A stretch of DNA of 22,763 nucleotides from Deferribacterales bacterium (lineage in GTDB: Bacteria > Chrysiogenota > Deferribacteres > Deferribacterales > Geovibrionaceae): assembly GCA_050253335.1 (NCBI GenBank), contig JBFWJG010000040.1, positions 1 through 22,763 of the forward strand, read 5' to 3'. Shown here piece after piece: positions 14,556 to 22,763 of the stretch (its first letter is position 1; every line of letters begins with the position of its first letter). The position numbers and the translations under genes were made by a program. The notes under the pieces were generated by a model that saw nothing but the letters and a program-made list of their open reading frames with translations, did no database searches and had not been told where the DNA came from.

Positions 14556-16270
14556 CAGCTTCGTCCTCCGCCTCCGCCGAATCCGCCCCCAGAGAAGCCT
14601 CCGCCGGAGAAACCGCTTCCGCCTCCCCCTGCTCCGCCCTGCGGCGCAGGCTGTGAGGTCATTGTTCTGCTCATTGCGGATATGCCCGAGTTAAGGGAGT
14701 CGGCAAAGCCGTACATTGTAAATCCTCTGCCGCTGCGGGAAACGTACCAGTCCGGCGGCTCCCTGAGAAGCCCCTCAAACTTGCCCGCCCACTCTTTCAG
14801 CATTCCGAAAGCAACAGCATAGGGAACTGTCAGATTAAAGTATTCAGGATTTTTTTCAAGCATCCTTTCAAGCCTGTCCTTCTCTGCCCGCTCCACAAAC
14901 TCCTTAAAGCCCGCAAGCTTGTTATAAAGCCCCTGCCCTTTTGCGGTGCGTTTCGGTATAGCCCGCCCGAAGAAGAATGTGGCTGCCCCCATAAGCACGC
15001 AGGAAACAAACCAGCCCGCATCCCCCGAAAAAGCTGTGAGAAACACTCCGAAAAAGATGAAGACCAGACTCGCCCCTTTCATGAATCCGCCTATTTTCCT
15101 TGTTCCGCCTTCATAAAGCCCCATTGAGGCGACATCTTTGTCAAGCTGCTCTCGGGCGGTTCCCATGGTTTTGTAATAAACGTTTTTAAGGTCTGAGAGC
15201 CTGCGGTTTTTGAGCCCCGCGGGGAACATCCCCGTGAAAAGGGTCTGCTCGTAGGCAGGCGCACCTTCGGGCAGTTCGCCCAGCTTAACGAATATATAAT
15301 CGCTTTTGCCGAGGAAGGAGCCGTAGTCCTCGGCTTCCTCTATCCTTATTACCTTGTCCGCCGCCCATTTCAGAAAAACAGAAACAAGGTCACGGTTGTC
15401 TATTTTATCATCCGCCAGAACGCCCGCAACAGCGGGGCTCACACCTGCGGGGGGCTCATAAAGCGTCACCAGAACGGACGATGCGTCCCTTCCTTTTTTG
15501 TACCAGATCAGAAACAGCAGCGGAAGGTACACAAACAGAGCTATGAGATAACTGTTGTTTGCGATGAAGAGCCTCAGCCTCAGCCAAGGGGTTCCGTATT
15601 TAAGATAATTTCCCGGCAGAAGGATGCCGATGCTCAGACTCTCCCCCGGGTTCAGGGTTCTTTCCGCACTGCCGCTGAGGGTGCGTCCGTCATAGGAATA
15701 TGATGCGTCGGTTCCTGCCTCGCCGTAGTAGCCGGTGTATGCGAAAATCTCGTCATCCCCAAGGGGCAGCTCAGAGGGAAGATGGACGCTGAAAGCCACA
15801 CTCTCAGCAGGAACATCCCAGAAGTTTCCGTGTATGTTCCAGTAAATCTCGCTTGTCCGCCCGAAGAAATTCACCGCTCCGAACACCCTATAGCTTACAA
15901 CGTATTCCTTCTCACCCTTTATGTACTGATCCGGCGAGCCGAGGCGGACTTCACGGTAGGCTCCGCTGTCCGTGACCTTGATCTCCGCGCTTTTTGTTTG
16001 TATATCATCAATGAGTATGCGGTATCGGCCGCCGAAGATATTGGGGCGTTTCGCCGTTCCTTTGATGCTCCCTGCCTCGTAGATTCTGGGCAGTTCGAGG
16101 ATTATTCCCCTTCTGGGCTGGCGGAAGCTTATGAGATATGTCTCCGTAACTTCAAGCACGGAGGTTTCAAGCACGTTTATATTCACATCGTGCTTCTTTA
16201 TCACAAAGTCCTCCCCGAAGGCGGGCAGAACCGTGAGGGCTAAGAGAATCAGGGAGAGGACAGCACGCAT
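14552..16270 (-). CDS. DUF2207-family membrane protein
   Basis: Signal peptide, IYWNIHG…WDVP, YEPP…SPA, TM segments, PYAVAFG and the Gly-rich tail GGFSGGGFGGGGGRSW; directly downstream of lemA. Confidence 0.88.
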   Translation of the reverse strand: MRAVLSLILLALTVLPAFGEDFVIKKHDVNINVLETSVLEVTETYLISFRQPRRGIILELPRIYEAGSIKGTAKRPNIFGGRYRILIDDIQTKSAEIKVTDSGAYREVRLGSPDQYIKGEKEYVVSYRVFGAVNFFGRTSEIYWNIHGNFWDVPAESVAFSVHLPSELPLGDDEIFAYTGYYGEAGTDASYSYDGRTLSGSAERTLNPGESLSIGILLPGNYLKYGTPWLRLRLFIANNSYLIALFVYLPLLFLIWYKKGRDASSVLVTLYEPPAGVSPAVAGVLADDKIDNRDLVSVFLKWAADKVIRIEEAEDYGSFLGKSDYIFVKLGELPEGAPAYEQTLFTGMFPAGLKNRRLSDLKNVYYKTMGTAREQLDKDVASMGLYEGGTRKIGGFMKGASLVFIFFGVFLTAFSGDAGWFVSCVLMGAATFFFGRAIPKRTAKGQGLYNKLAGFKEFVERAEKDRLERMLEKNPEYFNLTVPYAVAFGMLKEWAGKFEGLLREPPDWYVSRSGRGFTMYGFADSLNSGISAMSRTMTSQPAPQGGAGGGGSGFSGGGFSGGGFGGGGGRSW

Positions 16271-16283
16271 AGGCCTGCCCCGC

Positions 16284-16832
16284 TCAGAATTTTACCTGAA
16301 CATTTTCCCTCTGCGCAGAATCCATCTCGAAGTACTGTTTCTTCGTGAAGCGGAACATGCCCGCAACTATGAGAGAAGGGAAGCTCTCGCACATTGTGTT
16401 CAGATCCCGCACCACCGCGTTGTAGTATCTTCTGGCAAGCTGGATATCGTTCTCTATGCTGTTTATACTGTTCTGAAGCTCAAGAAAGTTCACATTCGCC
16501 TTGAGCTCGGGATAGCTTTCCGAAAGAGCAAAAAGGCTTTTCAGCGCTCCGGTGAGCATGTTCTCCGCCTTTGCGTGCGCCTCCACGCTTCCTGCGTTCA
16601 TCGCCATGCTTCGAGCCTTGGTGACATTTTCAAGAGTGTCTTTCTCGTGTCCGGCGTACCCCTTCACGGTTTCCACAAGGTTCGGGATGAGATCCCAGCG
16701 TTTCTTGAGCTGAACGTCAATATCGCTCCATGAGGCCTCGCTGAGGTTTCTGAGGGAGACAAGCCTGTTATAATAATAAATGAAAAGCCCTAAAATCAGC
16801 GCCACAACGCCTATGAACACCAGTCCGGCCAT
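16284..16832 (-). CDS. lemA: LemA family protein
   Basis: N-terminal TM; YNRLV…WSDIDVQLKKRWDLIPNLVETVKGY…YPELKA…ARRYYN; GGAGG SD. Confidence 0.96.
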   Translation of the reverse strand: MAGLVFIGVVALILGLFIYYYNRLVSLRNLSEASWSDIDVQLKKRWDLIPNLVETVKGYAGHEKDTLENVTKARSMAMNAGSVEAHAKAENMLTGALKSLFALSESYPELKANVNFLELQNSINSIENDIQLARRYYNAVVRDLNTMCESFPSLIVAGMFRFTKKQYFEMDSAQRENVQVKF

Positions 16833-16877
16833 AAGTTCCTCCGCAACTAAAACACCTATATAATTTCACGCAAAACT

Positions 16878-16906
16878 ATTATAATCCCAAATCAAAGGCA
16901 CTTCAA
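16878..16906 (-). promoter_or_regulatory. Putative sigma70 promoter of the lemA operon
   Basis: On the - strand: TTGAAG, 17-nt spacer, TATAAT. Confidence 0.6.
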
Positions 16907-16988
16907 CATTGTTGATAACATTCTGAAATCATCACAGGTTCAGGTAAGCACAAAATTCTAGACATAGTATTATAATTGTGTTATACGA

Positions 16989-17009
16989 AATTGTATACAG
17001 TATACGATT
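16989..17009. promoter_or_regulatory. Palindromic operator candidate upstream of sfrB
   Basis: AATTGTATAC-A-GTATACGATT (9/10 inverted match), just upstream of TATAAT at 17017-17022. Confidence 0.5.
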
Positions 17010-17040
17010 GCCCATTTATAATTTCGCCGTGGAGAGTGTA

Positions 17041-19011
17041 ATGCCACAAGTTTGCTACGGATTCTGGAAAAATGCCAAATTCGACAACAGAGGCAAACCT
17101 GTTTCGGAGTGGAGCGAGTCACCGTTCAAAACCTCTGATACATATGAAGGAAAGCCTCTGAAAGCCCTTGTTAACTGGGACGGATTCCTTGTTTTTGATG
17201 AACAGGCAGATATTCTTGCCATTCTTGCCAACTATATGAACGAGATAAGCTCGCAGGGCTGCTGCGGCCGATGTTTCCCCGGCAGGGTGGGCACAAGGCT
17301 TCTGGCGGAACAGCTTATGAAGATCCGCTCAGGCAGCACCGGCAAGCCCGAGCTTGACAAGGCCTATGAAATTGCGCAGTCCATACACCTTTCCGCCAAA
17401 TGTACAGTGGCACCCACAGCTTCCATACCCGTTATGCGCTTCCTTGAAAATTTTGCTGATCAGGTCAGGGCAAATGTTGTCCCCGCCGAAACAGCGTATT
17501 ATAAACATATTACAGCACCCTGTACGGCAGGCTGTCCCGCGAATGTCCAGATCCCCGAATTCATTGAGCAGATTAAGGATCACCGTTATCTTGACGCCCT
17601 TTCCATCATCCGTGAAACAATGCCTCTTCCCGGCGTTTGCGGAAGGGTCTGCCCCCACCCCTGCGAGCTTAACTGCCGCAGAGGTCTTGTGGATAAAGAC
17701 CCCGTAAGCATAATGGTGCTTAAACGCGCTCCGTGGGATTATGAATATTATCAGGAAAAAGCGCCCATCCTCCCCCCCAAGGCTCCGGAAAAGGGCAAGA
17801 AGATAGGCATAGTCGGCGCTGGCCCCGCAGGGCTCACGGCGGCTTATTATCTCGCCCTCATGGGTTATGAATGCAAAATATACGAGTGGATGCAGGAACC
17901 GGGCGGAATGGTTGCCCTCGGCATTCCCGATTACAGAGAGCCGAGACACCTTCTCCGCAGAGAGGTTGACATAATACAGTCCCTCGGCGTTGAGATAGAA
18001 TACGGCCGCAAGCTCGGCGACGATCTCACCCTTCAGTATCTTAAAAAGAACTACGACGCGGTTCTGCTCACCATCGGCGCATGGAAAAGCAGAGACATGG
18101 GCATAGAAGGCGAAAAGGAAGGCTATCAGGGCATCCACGAATCAGGCATACTTTTCCTCCGCGAACAGGCCACAGGCAAAGACACTGGCGTTAAAGGCAA
18201 GAAGATTGTCGTTGTGGGCGGCGGAAACACCGCCATCGACTGCGTGCGTGTTGCCCTGCGTGAAGGCGCCGCGGATGTAAACCTTGTTTACCGCCGTTCA
18301 AGGGACGAAATGCCCGCGGAAGACTACGAAATTGTGGACGCCATGGAGGAGGGGATCAACTTCCATTTCCTCTGCAACCCCACAAAAATAATAGCGAAAG
18401 ACAATGTGGTCACAGGTGTTGAGTGTGTGCGCATGGAGCTCGGCGAACCGGATGAATCCGGCAGACGCAGACCCCAGCCCGTTAAGGACTCCGAATTTGT
18501 GATAGACTGCGATGTAATAATCCCCGCCATAGGCCAGTTCACAGACCTCACCTTCCTCAAAGAGGAGGACGGGCTCGAAGTCACCAAGTGGAGCACCTTC
18601 AAGGTTGTTGACGACCTTTATGTCACCAGCGACCCGCAGATTTTCTCCGCGGGCGACTGTGAGTGGGGACCCATGACCGTGGTCAAGGCAATAGGCGCCG
18701 CGCGCTGGTCAAGCATAATGATCGACCGCTACCTCACCGAAGGCAAACCCTACCTCACGGCGGAGGAAACACTCCAGCTTGATCTCCAGAAAAACAAGGT
18801 CTTCGACAAAAAAGAGGACGTGAAGGATCAGGAGTGCCCCACAATCAAGCGTGTGCATCAGCACAAGCTCACGGGCGAAGAAAGAAAAAGCAACTACGAA
18901 GAGGTTGAAAAACCCTATACCGATAAACAGGCATACGACGAGGCGACCCGCTGTCTGAGATGCGTGCGCATGGCTATGGTAGCCCTTGAAAATAAAGGGA
19001 AAGGGGAGTAA
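17041..19011 (+). CDS. sfrB: SfrB-like FAD/NADPH oxidoreductase (NuoF-type FeS region plus GltD-like domain)
   Basis: ATG 17041 follows GGAG. Motifs CCGRCFPG, APCTAGCP, CGRVCPHPCELNCRR, GAGPAG, GGGNTAIDC, YRRSRDEMPA and EATRCLRC; N-terminus resembles Geobacter SfrB (from memory). Confidence 0.8.
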   Translation: MPQVCYGFWKNAKFDNRGKPVSEWSESPFKTSDTYEGKPLKALVNWDGFLVFDEQADILAILANYMNEISSQGCCGRCFPGRVGTRLLAEQLMKIRSGSTGKPELDKAYEIAQSIHLSAKCTVAPTASIPVMRFLENFADQVRANVVPAETAYYKHITAPCTAGCPANVQIPEFIEQIKDHRYLDALSIIRETMPLPGVCGRVCPHPCELNCRRGLVDKDPVSIMVLKRAPWDYEYYQEKAPILPPKAPEKGKKIGIVGAGPAGLTAAYYLALMGYECKIYEWMQEPGGMVALGIPDYREPRHLLRREVDIIQSLGVEIEYGRKLGDDLTLQYLKKNYDAVLLTIGAWKSRDMGIEGEKEGYQGIHESGILFLREQATGKDTGVKGKKIVVVGGGNTAIDCVRVALREGAADVNLVYRRSRDEMPAEDYEIVDAMEEGINFHFLCNPTKIIAKDNVVTGVECVRMELGEPDESGRRRPQPVKDSEFVIDCDVIIPAIGQFTDLTFLKEEDGLEVTKWSTFKVVDDLYVTSDPQIFSAGDCEWGPMTVVKAIGAARWSSIMIDRYLTEGKPYLTAEETLQLDLQKNKVFDKKEDVKDQECPTIKRVHQHKLTGEERKSNYEEVEKPYTDKQAYDEATRCLRCVRMAMVALENKGKGE

Positions 19012-19014
19012 CCG

Positions 19015-21198
19015 ATGGCAGAAATAATCATAAACGGAAATACATACAGCTTTGAAAAGGGAGAATCCATACTTGACGTTGCAAACAGAAACGGCGTGCA
19101 CATACCCACCCTCTGCTACCTCAAGGAGATAACCCCCATCGGCGCGTGCAGGCTCTGCCTTGTTCAGGTGGACGGCGCAAAAAGGCTTCAGGCCGCCTGC
19201 GTAACCTACGCCATGGACGGAATGAAGATCGAGACCGACAATGAATACATCTGGACTCACAGAAAGCAGATGCTCGACTTCATCCTGATCAAACACCCCC
19301 TTGACTGCCCCGTGTGCGACAAGGCGGGCGAATGCATGCTTCAGGACACTGCATACGAGTTCGGCATGATGACCGAAAAGGTTTCATCCGAAAAACCGAA
19401 GGATCCCAAGGCGAACTGGAACAAAATTGTTTATAACTCAAACCTCTGCGTTCTCTGCGAAAGGTGCATAAAATCCTGCCACGAAATGACGGGATGCAGT
19501 GCGCTGAAAATGGAGGACAGAGGCTTCTATAACCATGTGGTTCCCGCAAAAGGCGACACCCTGAACTGCGACTTCTGCGGAACCTGCATAGACCGCTGTC
19601 CGGTGGGTGCTCTGCTCGACACACAGTTCCACAATCAGGCGCGTGTGTGGGATCTCACCGAAACCGTAACCGCCTCCCCTTTCTCCTCAAGCGAGGGGGA
19701 TGTTGTGTACGGAGTGCTTGACGGCAGAATCGAGAGAGGAAAATCCGTTGAGGGTGCTCAGATCTCAAGCCAGAGCCGTTTCGGGTTCAACTACATAGAA
19801 AACCCCTCAAGGGTGAAAACCCCCCTTGTGAAATCAAACGGCGAAGCCGCTCCCAAATCATGGGAAGAGGTCATGACCGTTCTCAAGGACAGGCTCGCCG
19901 GATGCAAGCCGGAAAACACAGCCATACTCATGGGCTCACGCCTCACAAACGAGGCCATAGCCGCCTACAAAGCACTCATGGCAGCAGTCGGCTCCAAGAA
20001 AATTGTCACTGAGGCGGACTTCACCAAGCCCGTTTTCATGAAAAAATATAAAGAGAAGTTCGGGACCTTCGCCAATATAGGCAGAGCGGACGACCTCAAA
20101 AACTGTGACGTTATATTCGTTATAGGCGCGGATCTCCGCCGCGAGGCAGTGGGTCTTAAATGGAGAATGATGAACGCCGTCATCCACAATGACTGCAAAC
20201 TCATTACCGTAGGCCTTAAAAGGTACGAATACGATGTTTTCGCCAACAAGTCCCTTCTGGCTGACAGCGGCGACTTCGGCGGAATGTTCGAAAAAATTAA
20301 AACTGACGGCGCTGAAACCTTCCGCGACATCAGGGACTACATAAACGAAGGCAGAAAAGTGGGCATTATAGTCGGCAGTGAATATACCTCCGCCTGCCCG
20401 CAGCCGGAAGCTGTTCTCGCCTTTGCTGATTTCATAGGCAAAGAGAAAATGAGCTGCTTCATGACAGCCAACGACAAAACAAACATTTACGGACTCTATG
20501 CTCAGGAGCTTTTCGCTAACGGCTATTCCGCTGACGAGCTGATAAAGGATCTGGAAGCGAAAAACATAAAGAACCTCTTCCTTGCGGGCTTCAACAACAC
20601 TTACACGGGAGACACGGCGGAAAAGCTGAACAACGCCCTGCGCTTTGCTGAAACTGTTGTGGCTGTTGATCTCTTCAATGACGGAACATCCGCCAGAGCA
20701 AACATCTTCCTCCCCGCGAAAGCGGCTCTTGAGATTGACGGCTCGTTTGTCAAGATAGGCGGACGCCTTTCTAAAGTGCGCAAGGTTGTGGACACTCCGG
20801 GTGAGCAGAAATCCGATACGGAAATAGCCTCCATGCTTGCGGGACTTTTCAAGGCATCCGTGCCCTCATGCCCCGAGGAGATTTACAACACAATGCTTGC
20901 GGGAAAATACGGATATCCGGAAGTGAAGTTCAGCATACTTGACAGCTGTCTTGTTGTGAGAACAAACCCTGTGTTCAACGAAACACCCTTTAAATACGAA
21001 CAGCCGAAAACAGCGGAAAAGACAGTGCCCGTCAACCCCAGACACCACAGCGGCACAATAACCGCAAAGGCAAACTTCACCGTAAGGGATGAGTTCGCGG
21101 TGCAGAACTTCCACTTTGCGCAGACCGAAGAAACAATTTCGGCGGAAACCTGCGAATGCGCGGCAAAAGGCGTGAAGCTCGTCACCAGAAAATTTTAG
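19015..21198 (+). CDS. sfrA: SfrA/NuoG-like iron-sulfur subunit (molybdopterin-oxidoreductase fold)
   Basis: 2Fe-2S motif (PTLC…GACRLC…AC), HPLDCPVCDKAGEC, CVLCERCIKSC and CDFCGTCIDRCP; directly after the sfrB-like gene. Confidence 0.78.
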   Translation: MAEIIINGNTYSFEKGESILDVANRNGVHIPTLCYLKEITPIGACRLCLVQVDGAKRLQAACVTYAMDGMKIETDNEYIWTHRKQMLDFILIKHPLDCPVCDKAGECMLQDTAYEFGMMTEKVSSEKPKDPKANWNKIVYNSNLCVLCERCIKSCHEMTGCSALKMEDRGFYNHVVPAKGDTLNCDFCGTCIDRCPVGALLDTQFHNQARVWDLTETVTASPFSSSEGDVVYGVLDGRIERGKSVEGAQISSQSRFGFNYIENPSRVKTPLVKSNGEAAPKSWEEVMTVLKDRLAGCKPENTAILMGSRLTNEAIAAYKALMAAVGSKKIVTEADFTKPVFMKKYKEKFGTFANIGRADDLKNCDVIFVIGADLRREAVGLKWRMMNAVIHNDCKLITVGLKRYEYDVFANKSLLADSGDFGGMFEKIKTDGAETFRDIRDYINEGRKVGIIVGSEYTSACPQPEAVLAFADFIGKEKMSCFMTANDKTNIYGLYAQELFANGYSADELIKDLEAKNIKNLFLAGFNNTYTGDTAEKLNNALRFAETVVAVDLFNDGTSARANIFLPAKAALEIDGSFVKIGGRLSKVRKVVDTPGEQKSDTEIASMLAGLFKASVPSCPEEIYNTMLAGKYGYPEVKFSILDSCLVVRTNPVFNETPFKYEQPKTAEKTVPVNPRHHSGTITAKANFTVRDEFAVQNFHFAQTEETISAETCECAAKGVKLVTRKF

Positions 21199-21230
21199 AC
21201 AAGCCAGGCAAATCAAAATAAACTAAAACC

Positions 21231-21260
21231 CAAAGGCCGCCGCTGACCCGGCGGCTTTTG
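21231..21260. terminator. Rho-independent terminator (probably bidirectional) between sfrA and nikR
   Basis: CAAAG-GCCGCCG-CTGACC-CGGCGGC-TTTTG between convergent genes. Confidence 0.8.
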
Positions 21261-21327
21261 TATTTCATTTTTATGTATAAGCAGGAGTGTTCCTGAAAAG
21301 CAATGCTTCCTCAGAACCGTATTTCTG

Positions 21328-21732
21328 CTATTTCGTTCCGGTAATGTTGATGCTGGTGTGCTTTATCCCTTTCATTGTTTTAAGGGATGAGTAAAGCTTC
21401 TTGATGCTGTTGCTGTTTCCCCTGACAGCGAGAATCTCAAGGCAGTTGTCATGGTCAAGGTGAATATGCTGAATGGAGATCACCGAATCGTGATAATCAT
21501 GCTGTATATCCATCAGGGAGGAGAGAAGATCCCTGTTGTGGTGGTCATAGAGAATGGTGACAGCCCCCGCAACCGTGCCGCCGGAGGCGAACTCTTTTTC
21601 TATAACGTATTCCTTCAGCAGATCGCCCACGGCTTTTGATCTGGTTTCATATCCCTCTTCGGCTATTTTGCGGTCGAACTCTGTGAGCAGATCCTTATCA
21701 AGGGAAACTCCGAACCTAACTATTTCAGCCAT
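21328..21732 (-). CDS. nikR: Nickel-responsive transcriptional regulator
   Basis: Ribbon-helix-helix start VRFGVSLD…GYETRSKA and Ni ligands QH…HIHLDHDNCLE; ATG 21732 preceded by AAAGGA SD. Confidence 0.95.
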   Translation of the reverse strand: MAEIVRFGVSLDKDLLTEFDRKIAEEGYETRSKAVGDLLKEYVIEKEFASGGTVAGAVTILYDHHNRDLLSSLMDIQHDYHDSVISIQHIHLDHDNCLEILAVRGNSNSIKKLYSSLKTMKGIKHTSINITGTK

Positions 21733-21754
21733 CTGATTATCCTTTTTTTGCTTT

Positions 21755-21783
21755 ATTTTATAGTTTTGCAGGTTCCTGCGCAA
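21755..21783 (-). promoter_or_regulatory. Putative nikR promoter
   Basis: On the - strand: TTGCGC, 17-nt spacer, TAAAAT. Confidence 0.5.
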
Positions 21784-21794
21784 GGCTTTTGCTC

Positions 21795-21823
21795 TTGGAA
21801 ATAACTGTGAAAAGGTGTAATCT
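21795..21823 (+). promoter_or_regulatory. Putative promoter for a leaderless sensor-kinase transcript
   Basis: TTGGAA, 17-nt spacer, TAATCT, 7 pyrimidines, ATG 21831; no SD. Confidence 0.45.
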
Positions 21824-21830
21824 CTCCTCT

Positions 21831-22763
21831 ATGGAATCGCATAAAAAACCCTACGTCAAGCTTCAGTTTAAGATAACCCTGCTCTTTTTCGCTCTGCTCT
21901 CCCTTGTGAGCTTCACGGTGAGTAGCATGCTGGCCGCCAACATTGAGAAAAAAGCGAAAACAATCGCCAGCGACTATATAACCAGCATCCCCTTTCTCAT
22001 CAACAGCTCCCTTGACAGCTACATGATGATGGAAAACAAGGGAGCAATCAAGGAACTGATCCTCAACCTTCAGAAAGATGCAAATATCCTAGGAATCCAC
22101 ATCCTGAATATGCAAGGGGGCATATCCTGCATACTTCAGGATCTAAACAAGTTCTACAGCGATGACTATCTCGATCTCATAAAAAACAACCACAACCCCA
22201 AGGAAGGCTTCACTGAGCTCACTTATGCCGGAAAAAAATATCTCTCTTTCAGCAAACCTCTGATGAATGAAGAGAAGTGCCAGTCCTGCCATGATCCGGC
22301 GGAAGGGGACGTGATCGGCACTCTGAACATCAACATAGACCTCTCCCGTCTGAAGGATCTTCTCAGCCGAGAAGTTTTTGAAGTACGCCTCTTCCTCTAT
22401 ACCGCGGACATACTGCTGTTCATCGTTCTCTTCTTCCTGATATACATACTTGTAATCCGCCCCGTTCGCATACTGGAAAACGGAATGCAGGCCGTTGCGG
22501 GCAACAATCTGGACATAAGAACACAGATAACCTCCAATGACGAATTCGGGCGCATGTCCACACTTTTCAACTACATGGTCTACTCGCTCCGCAAGGCGTT
22601 CAGCACCATAAGCTCCATGCACAAGAACATGCTCCACAACGACAGGCTGATGACAATGGGAACCCTCACCGCCTCCATCAGCCATGAGATAAAAAATCCC
22701 CTGAACTCCATAATGATAAACGCGGACATTATGACGATGAAGCATCCGGAAACCAAGGCCTAC
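21831..22763 (+). CDS. Membrane sensor histidine kinase with periplasmic c-type haem motif, HAMP and HisKA (3' truncated by the window)
   Basis: Manual translation, open to the window end: MESHKKPYVKLQFKITLLFF (TM1), NEEKCQSCHD (CxxCH, 22278-22292), TM2 ILLFIVLFFLIYILVIRP, HAMP DEFGRMSTLFNYM and H-box SISHEIKNPLNSI. Absent from the ORF track. Confidence 0.9.
   Translation, partial: MESHKKPYVKLQFKITLLFFALLSLVSFTVSSMLAANIEKKAKTIASDYITSIPFLINSSLDSYMMMENKGAIKELILNLQKDANILGIHILNMQGGISCILQDLNKFYSDDYLDLIKNNHNPKEGFTELTYAGKKYLSFSKPLMNEEKCQSCHDPAEGDVIGTLNINIDLSRLKDLLSREVFEVRLFLYTADILLFIVLFFLIYILVIRPVRILENGMQAVAGNNLDIRTQITSNDEFGRMSTLFNYMVYSLRKAFSTISSMHKNMLHNDRLMTMGTLTASISHEIKNPLNSIMINADIMTMKHPETKAY

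Noticed and set aside
16921..16938. Rex/Crp-like site TTCTGAAATCATCACAGG
   Set aside because: Half-site spacing is one base short and the arms are mismatched.
16978..17040. Upstream GTG start for sfrB given by the ORF track (likewise 183 for romR and 21783 for nikR)
   Set aside because: The extensions run through promoter or SD sequence; downstream ATGs have SD motifs and match the family N-termini.
21283..21311. Weak inverted repeat downstream of nikR (AGGAGTGTT…AATGCTTCCT)
   Set aside because: Too degenerate to call as a terminator or repeat-family member.
22143..22745. 200-aa - strand ORF
   Set aside because: Antisense shadow of the + strand sensor kinase.

Overview
Mostly core-chromosome DNA from an anaerobic Gram-negative bacterium; gene content (RomR-like protein, SfrAB-like pair, haem-c sensor kinase) suggests Deferribacterota or a deltaproteobacteria-like lineage, which is inference only. 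Bases 1-14 are an Illumina adapter remnant. The + strand carries romR-like/purM/purN/M16 peptidase-like genes. A long - strand run follows: lemA, DUF2207, a degenerate formyltransferase, hypA, hypB, rnhB, yraN, gmhA, mfd, a parvulin lipoprotein, surA-like and rqcP(yabO). Next come a divergent sfrB-sfrA-like NADPH oxidoreductase pair, nikR, and a truncated haem-c (CxxCH)/HAMP/HisKA sensor kinase missing from the ORF track. The most unusual observations are: (i) the yraN-gmhA spacer is packed with palindromic elements, including a 150-bp tandem duplication (133 bp identical) that copies the last codons of yraN plus GGA/GAA-triloop hairpins; (ii) rnhB has no canonical start before its catalytic motif and sits in frame directly behind the hypB UAG; (iii) the RomR-like protein has a ~470-aa acidic, repeat-containing linker; (iv) several genes look leaderless. 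No transposase, CRISPR array, rRNA or tRNA was recognised, and no complete novel system can be claimed from sequence alone.
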